Of a DNA stretch of 47,864 nucleotides, positions 36,738 through 45,940 are shown piece by piece. The notes beneath the pieces were generated by a model. The model did not search any database. It was given only the letters and a program-made list of their open reading frames with translations, and was not told the origin of the DNA. The stretch comes from Bdellovibrionota bacterium. Its GTDB lineage: Bacteria > Bdellovibrionota_C > UBA2361 > OMII01. The stretch's first letter is position 1; each line of letters begins with the position of its first letter. The translations under genes and the position numbers were made by a program. Where the stretch lies: contig JBIKWQ010000017.1 of assembly GCA_044356215.1 (NCBI GenBank), forward strand, positions 1 through 47,864, written 5' to 3'.

Positions 36738-37931
36738 TTAACACACCATTCGATACGGGATCTGCACTAATCCTTGTCGAATCTTAAAACTCTCCACTGT
36801 AGGTGAAAGAACGTGGATATCACTAGCTATCTTAAGTTTTTGCGCGTGCTCCAAGCGCTTTATAAGGTACTGATCAATCGTCGCCTGATGGTGAATGACT
36901 AATGCTAGGTTGCCACGCTTTGTCGCTACTACTAGATCAATTCTAGTTCGACCGCGCTTTGAGAAGTGATGTAAGGTGACTGGGCCGTTACCTGAATATT
37001 CATGCTGCGCGAGGATCTCGTTGACAACTAAAATTCTATAAAGGTCCCTTTTTTCCGCCCCTAAGTAGCGCGCGACTGCCGGGTCTAGAAGGGTGAATCG
37101 ATCAAAACCATCACCGCCGGCGGCCTTTAACGGAGAAATTCGATAGATCACAAACAGCGCCTCGAGCCCCTCAGTATGTCGTCTAATTCTTCTGGCATCC
37201 TCACCGAGTCTGCGCGATATGTCCGCCTCTGATGCTTCAGGAAATTTCGCTATTAGTCCTAGCACCTCTCGGGCCAGGGCCCCATCGTATCTCGCACCTT
37301 TGAGTTGTGGCAGATCTCGGTAGCAGATCGACTGAAGCCATTCCTCAATCAACTCTTCCCGCAAAGATTTATCGCCCAATTGGCATATCGCGGGCATACC
37401 GCCACGCTCAAGCCAGGAATCTACGTCCATGGTGGTGCAGGGTGATTGATCAACAGTCTTAGCTTTAGTGATATTCCCCCAGCCAAAGCGAAAAGATCGT
37501 TTTGCCATCTCTCCGATAGTCAGCGGATATAGTCTTGTCAGCCCCAGCCTTCCTGTTAAAGCCTCCCTTACTCCGTCCACCTTCATGAAATCAACGGAAC
37601 CAGTAATCATAACAGCACCACGCTTGCGACGTTCATCCGCGAGAACTTTCAGCACATCGAAAAGATCTGGTGCTTTGTGCGCCTCATCGACGATGATCGT
37701 TTTAGAGAGGTCTTCACTGCTTGAGAGAATAAAACTCTCCGGTTGAGATCGCGCCTCGCTGAGAATATTCGGGCGATCCAAGGTCAGGTAGCTCAATCGT
37801 CGAGGCTTTGCTATCAGGTCCCTAAGCAGGGTACTTTTCCCAACTTGCCTAGCGCCAAGCACCCCCACTATGGCGAAAGCTCGAAGCTTTTTGTCAATGA
37901 TATCAATTATATATCTATCTCTTATGTGCAT
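36738..37931 (-). CDS. AAA_14 ATPase with DUF4143-like C-terminus (COG1373-type)
   Basis: GARQVGKST, IIVDEAH, ITGS, EALTGR, RGGMP, RDL, and RIDLVV (PD-(D/E)XK-like end). True start ATG 37931; the upstream 15 codons derive from the palindrome. Confidence 0.88.
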   Translation of the reverse strand: MHIRDRYIIDIIDKKLRAFAIVGVLGARQVGKSTLLRDLIAKPRRLSYLTLDRPNILSEARSQPESFILSSSEDLSKTIIVDEAHKAPDLFDVLKVLADERRKRGAVMITGSVDFMKVDGVREALTGRLGLTRLYPLTIGEMAKRSFRFGWGNITKAKTVDQSPCTTMDVDSWLERGGMPAICQLGDKSLREELIEEWLQSICYRDLPQLKGARYDGALAREVLGLIAKFPEASEADISRRLGEDARRIRRHTEGLEALFVIYRISPLKAAGGDGFDRFTLLDPAVARYLGAEKRDLYRILVVNEILAQHEYSGNGPVTLHHFSKRGRTRIDLVVATKRGNLALVIHHQATIDQYLIKRLEHAQKLKIASDIHVLSPTVESFKIRQGLVQIPYRMVC

Positions 37932-37934
37932 TAG

Positions 37935-37976
37935 ATGCTGTATAAATTTACAAGTACTTGTAAATTTATACAGCAT
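37935..37976. repeat. Perfect 42-bp spacerless palindrome
   Basis: ATGCTGTATAAATTTACAAGT|ACTTGTAAATTTATACAGCAT; both strands translate to MLYKFTSTCKFIQH. Confidence 0.95.
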
Positions 37977-38000
37977 TTAGATTCCGAGATAAAGCTATTT

Positions 38001-38747
38001 CTACTGCCCCCTAACCCTAATCACCCGAGCCGGCGATCCAACAGCGACTCCCCAATCAGGTACATCTGTAGTCACAAGCGAATGAGCTCCGATAATCGCG
38101 TGCTTGCCGATCTTCACGCCATCTAAGACCGTTACTCGTGCTCCTAGCCACGCGTGCTCACCGATCTCAACACCACCACGGATGTCCATCGGTCTCGTGA
38201 TCAGTGGCTCACTCTCATTACCTTCTGTGTGATTACCCGGTCCAATATAACAGTATGCTCCTACTAGAACGCTCTCACCTATGACTACCTTTGAGTTTGT
38301 GGCAACCCGACAATAAGAGCCAATATTGCACCCTGCTGATAATTTTATCTCGCCGTGCTTGGCCGCGATCGTTGAGAACCTTCCGACACTCACTCGATCA
38401 CTTAGCTCTATAGACGCATCACCCCCTCTTACATCTAAGGTGACGTAATCGTCGATCAAAACTCCGGACCCTAGAGAGATACTCCCTGGTATTCGCACTA
38501 TCCCACCCTTACCGATCGCTGGTCGTCTGCCACACCGTTTAAAAATTAGCGGATAGAGCGCTGCCCTGGCTGCGAACCCTAACAGACCTGGTAGCCAACT
38601 GCAGAGACCCTGAATCAATTCGTTAATAACTAACGCCCCTAATCCCTTAGCTGGTCCAACGGTTAACTCACGGTAAGTCGCGAGCCCGGAGCGCTTAACA
38701 TCAGATAGCTCCGCCTGTTGCGGGGTCATGGCTGGTTGCGGTGACAT
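38001..38747 (-). CDS. Hexapeptide-repeat (LbH) acyltransferase
   Basis: [LIV]G-x4 repeats; IGEHAWLGARVTVLDGVKIG..GAHSLVTTDVP..GSPARVI. Confidence 0.9.
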   Translation of the reverse strand: MSPQPAMTPQQAELSDVKRSGLATYRELTVGPAKGLGALVINELIQGLCSWLPGLLGFAARAALYPLIFKRCGRRPAIGKGGIVRIPGSISLGSGVLIDDYVTLDVRGGDASIELSDRVSVGRFSTIAAKHGEIKLSAGCNIGSYCRVATNSKVVIGESVLVGAYCYIGPGNHTEGNESEPLITRPMDIRGGVEIGEHAWLGARVTVLDGVKIGKHAIIGAHSLVTTDVPDWGVAVGSPARVIRVRGQ

Positions 38748-38820
38748 AGGCCAAGAGATTACCCCTGAGCGAGGGCTATATCAATTGCCACAAAAGCGAA
38801 ATGGATACACCTTGACCAAC

Positions 38821-38946
38821 TAGGGCGCCGCATATCTTTTCACCACAGAGGACGCAAAGGACACAGAGAACAGCCATTTTATGGGCAATTATGGGGTTCT
38901 CTCTGTGCCTTCTGTGGTAAAAACATTTTACTAATTATCCCAGCAG
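38821..38946 (+). mobile_element. MITE copy 4 (right TIR missing)
   Basis: TAGGGCGCCGCA..ACCACAGAGGACGCAAAGGACACAGAG..TATCCCAGCAG, after which similarity stops. Confidence 0.8.
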
Positions 38947-39140
38947 ACGGCCAATCCCCACGCTACACGCTCAAATCAAGTCCATTTAATTGCTTCTCAA
39001 ATACAACAATCTGCAAATATAATAGCCACTTAGCTTACCTGTGATGTAATCTATCGGGGAAGGTTATGCTTAGCTGGCAGTTAGGTCACGAGTAAGGTAA
39101 CCTAAGCTCCTGTCTTACCAGATACTTGAGTGGATTTTTT

Positions 39141-39695
39141 ATGTTACCCTCTGACCCATCAGGATTCCTTACAACCACCCTAGAGAGCGCCCTCGCCTGG
39201 GCTCGTAAATACTCCCTCTTTTCATACCCGTTTGTTACAGCTTGCTGCGGTATGGAGTTTATGTCGGTTAACTGCTCGCACTACGACACTGATCGTTTCG
39301 GTGCCGCTCTACCGAGATTTACACCGAGACAAGCAGACCTTCTCTGGGTAGTAGGAACTGTTAATCACAAATTAGCTCCTGTTCTTCTTAGAACCTACGA
39401 GCAGATGGCTGAGCCTAAGTGGGTTGTAGCTTTTGGAGCATGCGCTTCAAGTGGTGGCTTTTACGACAACTACACAACCGTAGCGGGTATCGATAAGATA
39501 ATCCCTGTCGATATGTACATTCCTGGATGCCCACCACGACCAGAGACGGTACTAGATGCGCTAATGAAGCTACAGAGCGATATTCAGAGATCAAAGCAAC
39601 AGATAGTTCCATCTCACGGTGGTCGGCAGTATCACCCAGAGCTCCCACCATTACTGGGCGAGCCAATTGATACACGATTAACTAAGCCTGTGTAA
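39141..39695 (+). CDS. nuoB: NADH-quinone oxidoreductase subunit B
   Basis: TACCGMEF, PRQADL, QMAEPKWV..GACASSGG, PVDMYIPGCPPRPE. Confidence 0.93.
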   Translation: MLPSDPSGFLTTTLESALAWARKYSLFSYPFVTACCGMEFMSVNCSHYDTDRFGAALPRFTPRQADLLWVVGTVNHKLAPVLLRTYEQMAEPKWVVAFGACASSGGFYDNYTTVAGIDKIIPVDMYIPGCPPRPETVLDALMKLQSDIQRSKQQIVPSHGGRQYHPELPPLLGEPIDTRLTKPV

Positions 39696-41397
39696 CAGAT
39701 CTCTGTTCAGCGATCCAACCAACTAGCCGATCGATCTCAATCGGCTTAGAGAAGAACTCACGGGCTCCCAAAGCAGCGAAGCGATAGAGCGAGTAATCAC
39801 TCGACTCACCACTCATCACACCTACTCTGAGCTTAATGTTATCCCGAGCTAATAAACGCAGAAGATATTCAGCCCCCTCTCCGTTTGGCATATGGGTATC
39901 ACAGAGCACCGTTGCTCCAAGATTACTAGCGATGAACTTATGAGCCTGATCTGCCGTCGAAAAACTCACAGAGCGAACTCCATGCCGACTAAGAGCACGA
40001 GAGAGAGATTCTGTATGGTCAACATCATCATCAACTAGAACAAGCTTCACATCGCCATAAGTCTCCGAGACTCCTCCATCAGATAAATTCGAATACTCAC
40101 CCTTAACAACAGAGCTCTCCTCGTCTTTAGGCGCCATGCGTATCGCAGGAGGTGAAGGTTTTGCTATGGGCTCATTTGGGTCGCCCTGAATGTAAATATC
40201 AACCGCGGCGCCCTGAGTATTTTCGTTTGTTGATACGACTAGATCTCCTCCCTGATTTATTAGCGAAGCTTTTGTACTTACAAGCCCCACTCCCCAGCCG
40301 TCGCTACTCGCACGCACTCCTTGGCCCGAAAGCGAGACTCCTAAAGCCAAACTATCGATCACACTCCGCGGGATACCCGGACCGTTATCTGAGACCCTGA
40401 CCAGCCATTTGCGAGAGGTTACTCCTTCAACATCAGGAGATAACATCAATTCAATCTTGACCTCTCCTGGACCTGAATATATCACCGCGTTACCGATAAC
40501 ATTAGATAAAGCGCGCTCGAGCTCTAGTTGCGAGATCTTTCCGCGCGCCGAAGATCCGTATGGTAATAGCATCCTAAACCTACAGCCTCTCTCTAACGCT
40601 TGCGGCTCAAAACGATCGACCACTCTTCTAATCACAGAGGGGATATCAACCAGATTAGTTATGCCGCAAGCTCGCTCCCGCTCCAGTACTTCACGCGAAG
40701 CATTAGGAGCAAACCTAGCTAACAAAGCTTCCGCGTACTCAAGCTCATCGCGGAGCCGCTTAGCCTCCTCGTATATCTGCGGGTGTTCCGCCGCCGCGTC
40801 GGAGATAAGATATTTTAAAGCCGCGAGTGGCGCCTTTACGTCGTGCGCTATACCCGTCATCTGGTCTATCTTGCAACGCAATCCAGTGGTTCTCTCTCCA
40901 TAAAGTCTAAGTGAAGAGATAACTGGGTGGTAAATAGACAACCAATCAGAGAATGCCTCTGAGATCATGCGCGCTGAATCAACTTGCTTCGGTGTCGCGA
41001 TACTAGATAATCCAAACCAGATAACCGCTTCACCACCCTCTAACAACTCCTTTGGCATCGACATTCGAGTAACTATTGAGCCGCGAAACCGCGCGTCTAA
41101 AAACCTAACCGTATCAAGAGCGTGATCGCGAACTCGGCATGGAGTTTTTTGATCCCGCTCTTCAACTAACATCCCCAGAAGCGTCTCTGCTGGAAGAATA
41201 GGAGCTTCTTTTGGCCGCGCTATAAAGTGTTCACCGCTATTACGGCGGATAATGATCGCCAATGAAGAGAACTCCCCCCGATACTCGTGATCGATCTCCC
41301 AAGCGGCCCGTTCTAGCAGGCCCTCAAGAGACCCGTCACCCACACCACTACAGTGAGCGAGCGCCCTACCTAGTATCTTATAGATCCCCTCTTTCAC
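39682..41397 (-). CDS. Cytoplasmic hybrid histidine kinase/receiver
   Basis: H-box AHDVKAPL, N-box NVIGNA, G1 DNGPGI, G2 GWGVGL; receiver VDDD..DTHMP..KP. Confidence 0.88.
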   Translation of the reverse strand: MKEGIYKILGRALAHCSGVGDGSLEGLLERAAWEIDHEYRGEFSSLAIIIRRNSGEHFIARPKEAPILPAETLLGMLVEERDQKTPCRVRDHALDTVRFLDARFRGSIVTRMSMPKELLEGGEAVIWFGLSSIATPKQVDSARMISEAFSDWLSIYHPVISSLRLYGERTTGLRCKIDQMTGIAHDVKAPLAALKYLISDAAAEHPQIYEEAKRLRDELEYAEALLARFAPNASREVLERERACGITNLVDIPSVIRRVVDRFEPQALERGCRFRMLLPYGSSARGKISQLELERALSNVIGNAVIYSGPGEVKIELMLSPDVEGVTSRKWLVRVSDNGPGIPRSVIDSLALGVSLSGQGVRASSDGWGVGLVSTKASLINQGGDLVVSTNENTQGAAVDIYIQGDPNEPIAKPSPPAIRMAPKDEESSVVKGEYSNLSDGGVSETYGDVKLVLVDDDVDHTESLSRALSRHGVRSVSFSTADQAHKFIASNLGATVLCDTHMPNGEGAEYLLRLLARDNIKLRVGVMSGESSDYSLYRFAALGAREFFSKPIEIDRLVGWIAEQRSVTQA

Positions 41398-42722
41398 GCC
41401 GCCTCTTGTAACGATCCGGCTTTAGCTAAGCGAAATACCTGGGCGCAGAGAACTCGTGGATCTTTTCCTTTACTTACAAGAGCGTCTGCTCCCGTCTCTA
41501 AAGCTGAAACCTCAGCGTCGATCCCATCGTCTGATGTCAGCATAATCACCGGAATAGTGGATAATCGCGGCTCGCTCTTTAGGTAGGTGATAAACTCTTT
41601 GCCGTTCATCTCAGGCATGTGTAGATCGCAGATAATAACCTTCGGTAAGAACGTGACGCTATGGAGCAATTGATCAAGCGCCTCTCTGCCGTTCTCGGCG
41701 AAAGATACAGAGAAATTCTCTCGCCCCAGCAACCGCTCAACAACCCTACAAAACATCGGGTTGTCATCTATAACAAGGACCGGGATTCCTTCTTGACTTG
41801 GCCCCTCATGACGACTTTGCTTTAAAGACTCGGGAGCCAAAGTGATTGACTGTGATTGGTTCATAGCCACTACAACGCGATCTTCATTAGTAGCGGCTAT
41901 CTCGATCGGAGTATCTTTTATACTCCATGAGAGCCTGAGATTTGTGGGGCTTCCTAAGGGACGCACGAGTACTTTGCCAGCCCGAGCATGAGTGACTATC
42001 TCACCCTCTATCAAGCTTAAATGCAGCAGGACACTCTGAAGCGCATCGGGGTGAATTGAACCGACAGCCATCCTTCCCTCAACTGTCGAGAACTGATAAC
42101 GCCCCTTCTCTTCACTCGATAATATCTCTAGACTTGAGGCGCCAAAGTTAATCGCCTCGTCGATCAAGATATTTAGGATCTTCTCGCAGAGCTCCCTTCT
42201 TTTATCGCTTTGGATCCGATCAACATTTGCTTCCGACTCAGCTAATATCCGCTCGGCCATATCGAGAGCTTTGGCGATCTCTGTCCACGGCGCCATAGAG
42301 ATATTCGCCTCGCCATCAAAGAACTCGAGACCGCGAACCTCCGCGGGATCTGTCGCGATGAACCCAACGATTCGTGGACCCTGCAATGTAACAACAGCGC
42401 CTACTTTTCTAAGCGCTGACATCATCTGCCTAGCGGACTCACCAAAGACTGTCATATCAGGAACGGGTACGTAATCCTGATACGGCATGCGAAGCTCCCT
42501 GGCCGCCGCGTTTACAAACTCCCGCTCACTAACACCTACCCAAGCCGCGGCGAGCACGCCCCACTGCCGCCTATCGTGGGACGATGCGACCACCTCCCGC
42601 ATAACCGACTTCGGGATCAACTTATGCATAGCCTTCACCAGAGATGGTAATCGCCGAGTATCTTGACCAACTTCACGCCGCTTAGAAAACACACCCAAAA
42701 CTTTAGCGATTACCTTCATCAT
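41394..42722 (-). CDS. Receiver-domain protein with degenerate PilB/GspE N-terminal-like domains
   Basis: C-terminal REC (VIDDN, DLHMPEMNG, IPVIMLT, K); N-terminal FIATDP and ILNILIDEAINFGASSLEI resemble GspE/PilB N-domains; no Walker A. Confidence 0.75.
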   Translation of the reverse strand: MMKVIAKVLGVFSKRREVGQDTRRLPSLVKAMHKLIPKSVMREVVASSHDRRQWGVLAAAWVGVSEREFVNAAARELRMPYQDYVPVPDMTVFGESARQMMSALRKVGAVVTLQGPRIVGFIATDPAEVRGLEFFDGEANISMAPWTEIAKALDMAERILAESEANVDRIQSDKRRELCEKILNILIDEAINFGASSLEILSSEEKGRYQFSTVEGRMAVGSIHPDALQSVLLHLSLIEGEIVTHARAGKVLVRPLGSPTNLRLSWSIKDTPIEIAATNEDRVVVAMNQSQSITLAPESLKQSRHEGPSQEGIPVLVIDDNPMFCRVVERLLGRENFSVSFAENGREALDQLLHSVTFLPKVIICDLHMPEMNGKEFITYLKSEPRLSTIPVIMLTSDDGIDAEVSALETGADALVSKGKDPRVLCAQVFRLAKAGSLQEAA

Positions 42723-43348
42723 AATTTTACATCCTCTCTTGGAATCCAAACTACCCCGTGTTGAACTACTCCCACACGAAAGCTCTCTAAAAGTCCACTA
42801 TGTCGACCGGCTACAGCGATACCCAAAAGAGCTAATCGCGGCAGGAAGCCTGACACCTCTCCCGCGGAAAATACTGGGCGTGCCGCGTCGGCAAACAAGC
42901 TCCTCTCCCTAGGTCGGTCTAGCGAGAGAACAGTAGCTAGCGGCCCAGTGTCAACGCACTCAGACATGATAGCTGCGTTGCCGATACGACCGCTCTCAGC
43001 ATCAACTGGGTAAAACCAGTAGCAGGCCTTCGCGGAGAGATCCTTTATTTCAAACGCGCCCTGACTCAATTCATTTATGGCGCTATCTCTCAAGCGCTCT
43101 ATAGCTGCTCTGGCCTGAGAAATATCGAGCTCGAAAACACCGCGATCTCCGTCAGAGAGCCAATTCATCATCCGACCTGGAGTTTCACGTGTTAGAGATT
43201 CGGGAATATTTTGAATCAGATTCTCATCGTGAGTCATTCCGTATAAAGACACAGCTAGCAGCCCTATGGGCAGCATCACCGCGCAGAGAGCAGCCGTCTC
43301 AAGAGCTACGAATCCAGCGAGTTTTTTACTACACGAGGAGCTCTTCAT
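42719..43348 (-). CDS. TadE/TadF-like pseudopilin
   Basis: KKLAG|FVALETAALCAVMLPI (G-x4-E plus hydrophobic helix); Tad context. Confidence 0.65.
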   Translation of the reverse strand: MKSSSCSKKLAGFVALETAALCAVMLPIGLLAVSLYGMTHDENLIQNIPESLTRETPGRMMNWLSDGDRGVFELDISQARAAIERLRDSAINELSQGAFEIKDLSAKACYWFYPVDAESGRIGNAAIMSECVDTGPLATVLSLDRPRERSLFADAARPVFSAGEVSGFLPRLALLGIAVAGRHSGLLESFRVGVVQHGVVWIPREDVKL

Positions 43349-43354
43349 CGCCTA

Positions 43355-44425
43355 CTAATTCTCCAACACAATTCGATCAGTGATTGTCTTGGTTAGAGAC
43401 GCCGCCAGCGTATCACCTAAAAACTCACTAACTGACGCTCCTACCTCGCGATAGGCGCCTCCATTAATACCTGAGTTAAGTGGTCTGAAATTTATCGAGC
43501 GGGAATCATCTATAACTAGGGTGTAGAACTCTATCGGGAAATTAAAGTCACGCGCGGACTCTTGCAGAAGATTATAAAGAGTCTGTGCTACCCCTAGATC
43601 ATAATTGGCGCGGCGCAGGATCAAAACTATGCTTCGCACCTCACTTACTTGGCTTAGTAGCTCATTAGAGGCCACATCTCTAGCGGCAAACGCGAGATCT
43701 AGAGGATTAATTAATCCTCCCTGTACTCCCCTCAGGTTTGATAAATTTCTATCCTGAACACCGGTCGTTTGGCCGCAGCGAGGTATCTGATCACTACGGT
43801 TATCGGAAACTACCTCTAGAGCCTCACTTACTCCCGGAGCAACACTAACAACACTCCTAGCGTTAGCGATTAAGCTCCAATTAGCGACGACTTTTTCTAT
43901 AAATGAGCTGGCTGCTTCTAAGCCCGGATCTCCGCATGGGCTTGACTCTTGGGCTACCGTCCGATCTATGATGATAAGAGCGGCCGCCGACTGAATCCGT
44001 GCGGTTGATCTCACGGCGATGGGAAGGGCCATTCGCTCCATCCCAATTAGGTCTTGAACGAACTGAAAAAACACCCCGTTGTAATTAGCCTGAGCCCCTA
44101 CTATTCCTCCCGCCTCACTTCGTGTATGGAACACCTCTGATAACTCGACTAATCCATCAACGTTACGCATGCGTGCTCTAATATTTCTGTCTACATCTTG
44201 CGCCGATAGTCCGGACGCCAAAGCATCAAATACCTGCCTATCTGTTACTTTTTGAAGCTCATCACGAATGCTAAAAAAACGGGCAAAATCGGCGGTTACA
44301 CTGAGCATGACAGCAATAAACGGAAGAATAAGTGCCGTAAACAGGAGTGTCGCGACCCCACTTGAATGATGGATTCTATTCCAGGCTACCGATCTTGTTC
44401 CGCGCTGATCACCTACCTGAGACAC
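43355..44425 (-). CDS. TadG-like Tad pilus protein
   Basis: SG|VATLLFTALILPF..DFARFF..ELQK..D Tad N-terminal pattern; GTG 44425 has an AGGAGG RBS. Confidence 0.65.
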   Translation of the reverse strand: MSQVGDQRGTRSVAWNRIHHSSGVATLLFTALILPFIAVMLSVTADFARFFSIRDELQKVTDRQVFDALASGLSAQDVDRNIRARMRNVDGLVELSEVFHTRSEAGGIVGAQANYNGVFFQFVQDLIGMERMALPIAVRSTARIQSAAALIIIDRTVAQESSPCGDPGLEAASSFIEKVVANWSLIANARSVVSVAPGVSEALEVVSDNRSDQIPRCGQTTGVQDRNLSNLRGVQGGLINPLDLAFAARDVASNELLSQVSEVRSIVLILRRANYDLGVAQTLYNLLQESARDFNFPIEFYTLVIDDSRSINFRPLNSGINGGAYREVGASVSEFLGDTLAASLTKTITDRIVLEN

Positions 44426-45233
44426 TCGCGACCTCCTGCATAATCGAGCCAACCTGCATAAGTGGAACGGTCAGGAAGCACACTATTAAACCAGCGAAAG
44501 TGAGCACTAGAGGCAGCACAGCTTTTACAGGAAGTCTGGCAATATGCTCCTCTATACTCTCTTGATACGCTAATTGTGTTGCGTCACTAAGCTCCTTAAG
44601 TGGCCTAACGATCTCACCACCCTGTCTATGCGCTAAGGCCAAATGCGCGCAGGCGTGCTTAACTGACGGAGTCACATCATCTCTCTTTGACGCCGTATCA
44701 AACGCCGCATCTACCGGCGTTCCGCTCTCAGCTAGCTCAACTATCCAGCTCATTAGATGAGACACTGGGTCGTTAGCTTTATACGAGGCTTCTCTAAGCG
44801 CTGGAACGATGTCTAGCCCAGAGCTAACCGCCATAACGATCCGTTCCATCACAGTTGGAAGATAGTACTCCATCTTCTTCAAACGGAGCTTTTTATTCCG
44901 ATCAGTTTTCCGACTGTGGTAGAGCTCCCCAGCGCATAAACCAACAAACGCGGCAACCAGAAGTGATGAAAGTGAGAATTTTAAAAATATCGCGTAAAGT
45001 ATCGCTGCCAGAGTTGATCCTATGCCCCACGCGGCGCGCCGAGCTCTCTCGCCTCCATACGGCGGGTCCTCTAAAGCACGCCTCTGGTCTTCTCTCTGAT
45101 CTATTTCGACATCACTATCTTCTTTTAGAAGGGCCTCAGCTATCTCTATACCACCACCCGCATTAAGACGAGCTGACACAAACAAGAGCCAGATACCAAA
45201 GAGCGCGATAACAAAGCTTAGCGTAAGGGTCAT
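44409..45233 (-). CDS. tadC: Tad platform protein TadC (T2SSF family)
   Basis: LPTVMERIVMAVSSGLD, QGGEI..L, PVKAVLPLVL. Confidence 0.8.
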   Translation of the reverse strand: MTLTLSFVIALFGIWLLFVSARLNAGGGIEIAEALLKEDSDVEIDQREDQRRALEDPPYGGERARRAAWGIGSTLAAILYAIFLKFSLSSLLVAAFVGLCAGELYHSRKTDRNKKLRLKKMEYYLPTVMERIVMAVSSGLDIVPALREASYKANDPVSHLMSWIVELAESGTPVDAAFDTASKRDDVTPSVKHACAHLALAHRQGGEIVRPLKELSDATQLAYQESIEEHIARLPVKAVLPLVLTFAGLIVCFLTVPLMQVGSIMQEVASVSGR

Positions 45234-45237
45234 AGAG

Positions 45238-45939
45238 CTAAAGCCTCTCCTCCTTACCCATGCTCAGCATCCAGAAAACTCCGGACACTATCAACGCTCC
45301 ACCAACGCTAAGCAGAACCACGCCAGCGGTTTTAGTGAAAGCGAGCGCCACGCCTCTGGCGTTCATAATTCCCTGCATCGCCGCGATCAGGGCGGCGCAT
45401 AGAGCTATCCCGATAGCCGACATCCTGTGCATCGCCAGGGCCGCTCGAGTTTTCCGTCTAAAAGATTGTCGCTGACGAACCACACGAACAACTCGATGTA
45501 ACGGCTCAGCGAGCGAGCTGCCGTGTTGCCTTGATAAGACCAGGCACCGCTTGAACAGCTCGACCTCCGGAGAGTTCTCACCACTGAGAAATGACTCAAT
45601 CGCTTGAAACTCATCTTCTCCGGACCTGAGCCGCGCCTTAAACAGGCGCGCCTCTTCTCTAAATGGCGAATCACTTGGGAGATACTGCTCGCAGTTTGCT
45701 ATCGCGCTTAAAGGATCAACACCCGCTCTAACAGAGGATGCTACGGAAGTTAATAGAGCCGGGAGATCGCGCTCTAGAGCTGCCCTTCTTCGCTTAGAGC
45801 GTCGCGACCATCGTGACACTTTTCGGTTTAGACTGGGATTGGCTTGTGTTGAAGCACCTGTCGCCTCATTAACAACATGAGAGTAGGAAACCAGAAGCCG
45901 CGAAATTATGGCGCGATTTCTCGCTACTAATCCCCACAT
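45238..45939 (-). CDS. tadB: Tad platform protein TadB (T2SSF family)
   Basis: DLPALLTSVASSVRAG, HGSSLAEPL, two C-terminal TM segments. Confidence 0.8.
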   Translation of the reverse strand: MWGLVARNRAIISRLLVSYSHVVNEATGASTQANPSLNRKVSRWSRRSKRRRAALERDLPALLTSVASSVRAGVDPLSAIANCEQYLPSDSPFREEARLFKARLRSGEDEFQAIESFLSGENSPEVELFKRCLVLSRQHGSSLAEPLHRVVRVVRQRQSFRRKTRAALAMHRMSAIGIALCAALIAAMQGIMNARGVALAFTKTAGVVLLSVGGALIVSGVFWMLSMGKEERL

Positions 45940-45940
45940 A

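Noticed and set aside
37935..38126. Plus-strand ORF starting with the same peptide as the ATPase ORF
   Set aside because: The identity is a by-product of the perfect palindrome; the rest is antisense to the acyltransferase.
27683..38946. Repeated ~160-bp units as a CRISPR array or ncRNA family
   Set aside because: Copies are kilobases apart with no repeat-spacer periodicity or cas genes; TIRs and a target duplication indicate a MITE.
40409..40903. 164-aa plus-strand ORF and similar short antisense ORFs across the window
   Set aside because: They lie opposite well-supported genes and carry no recognisable motifs.
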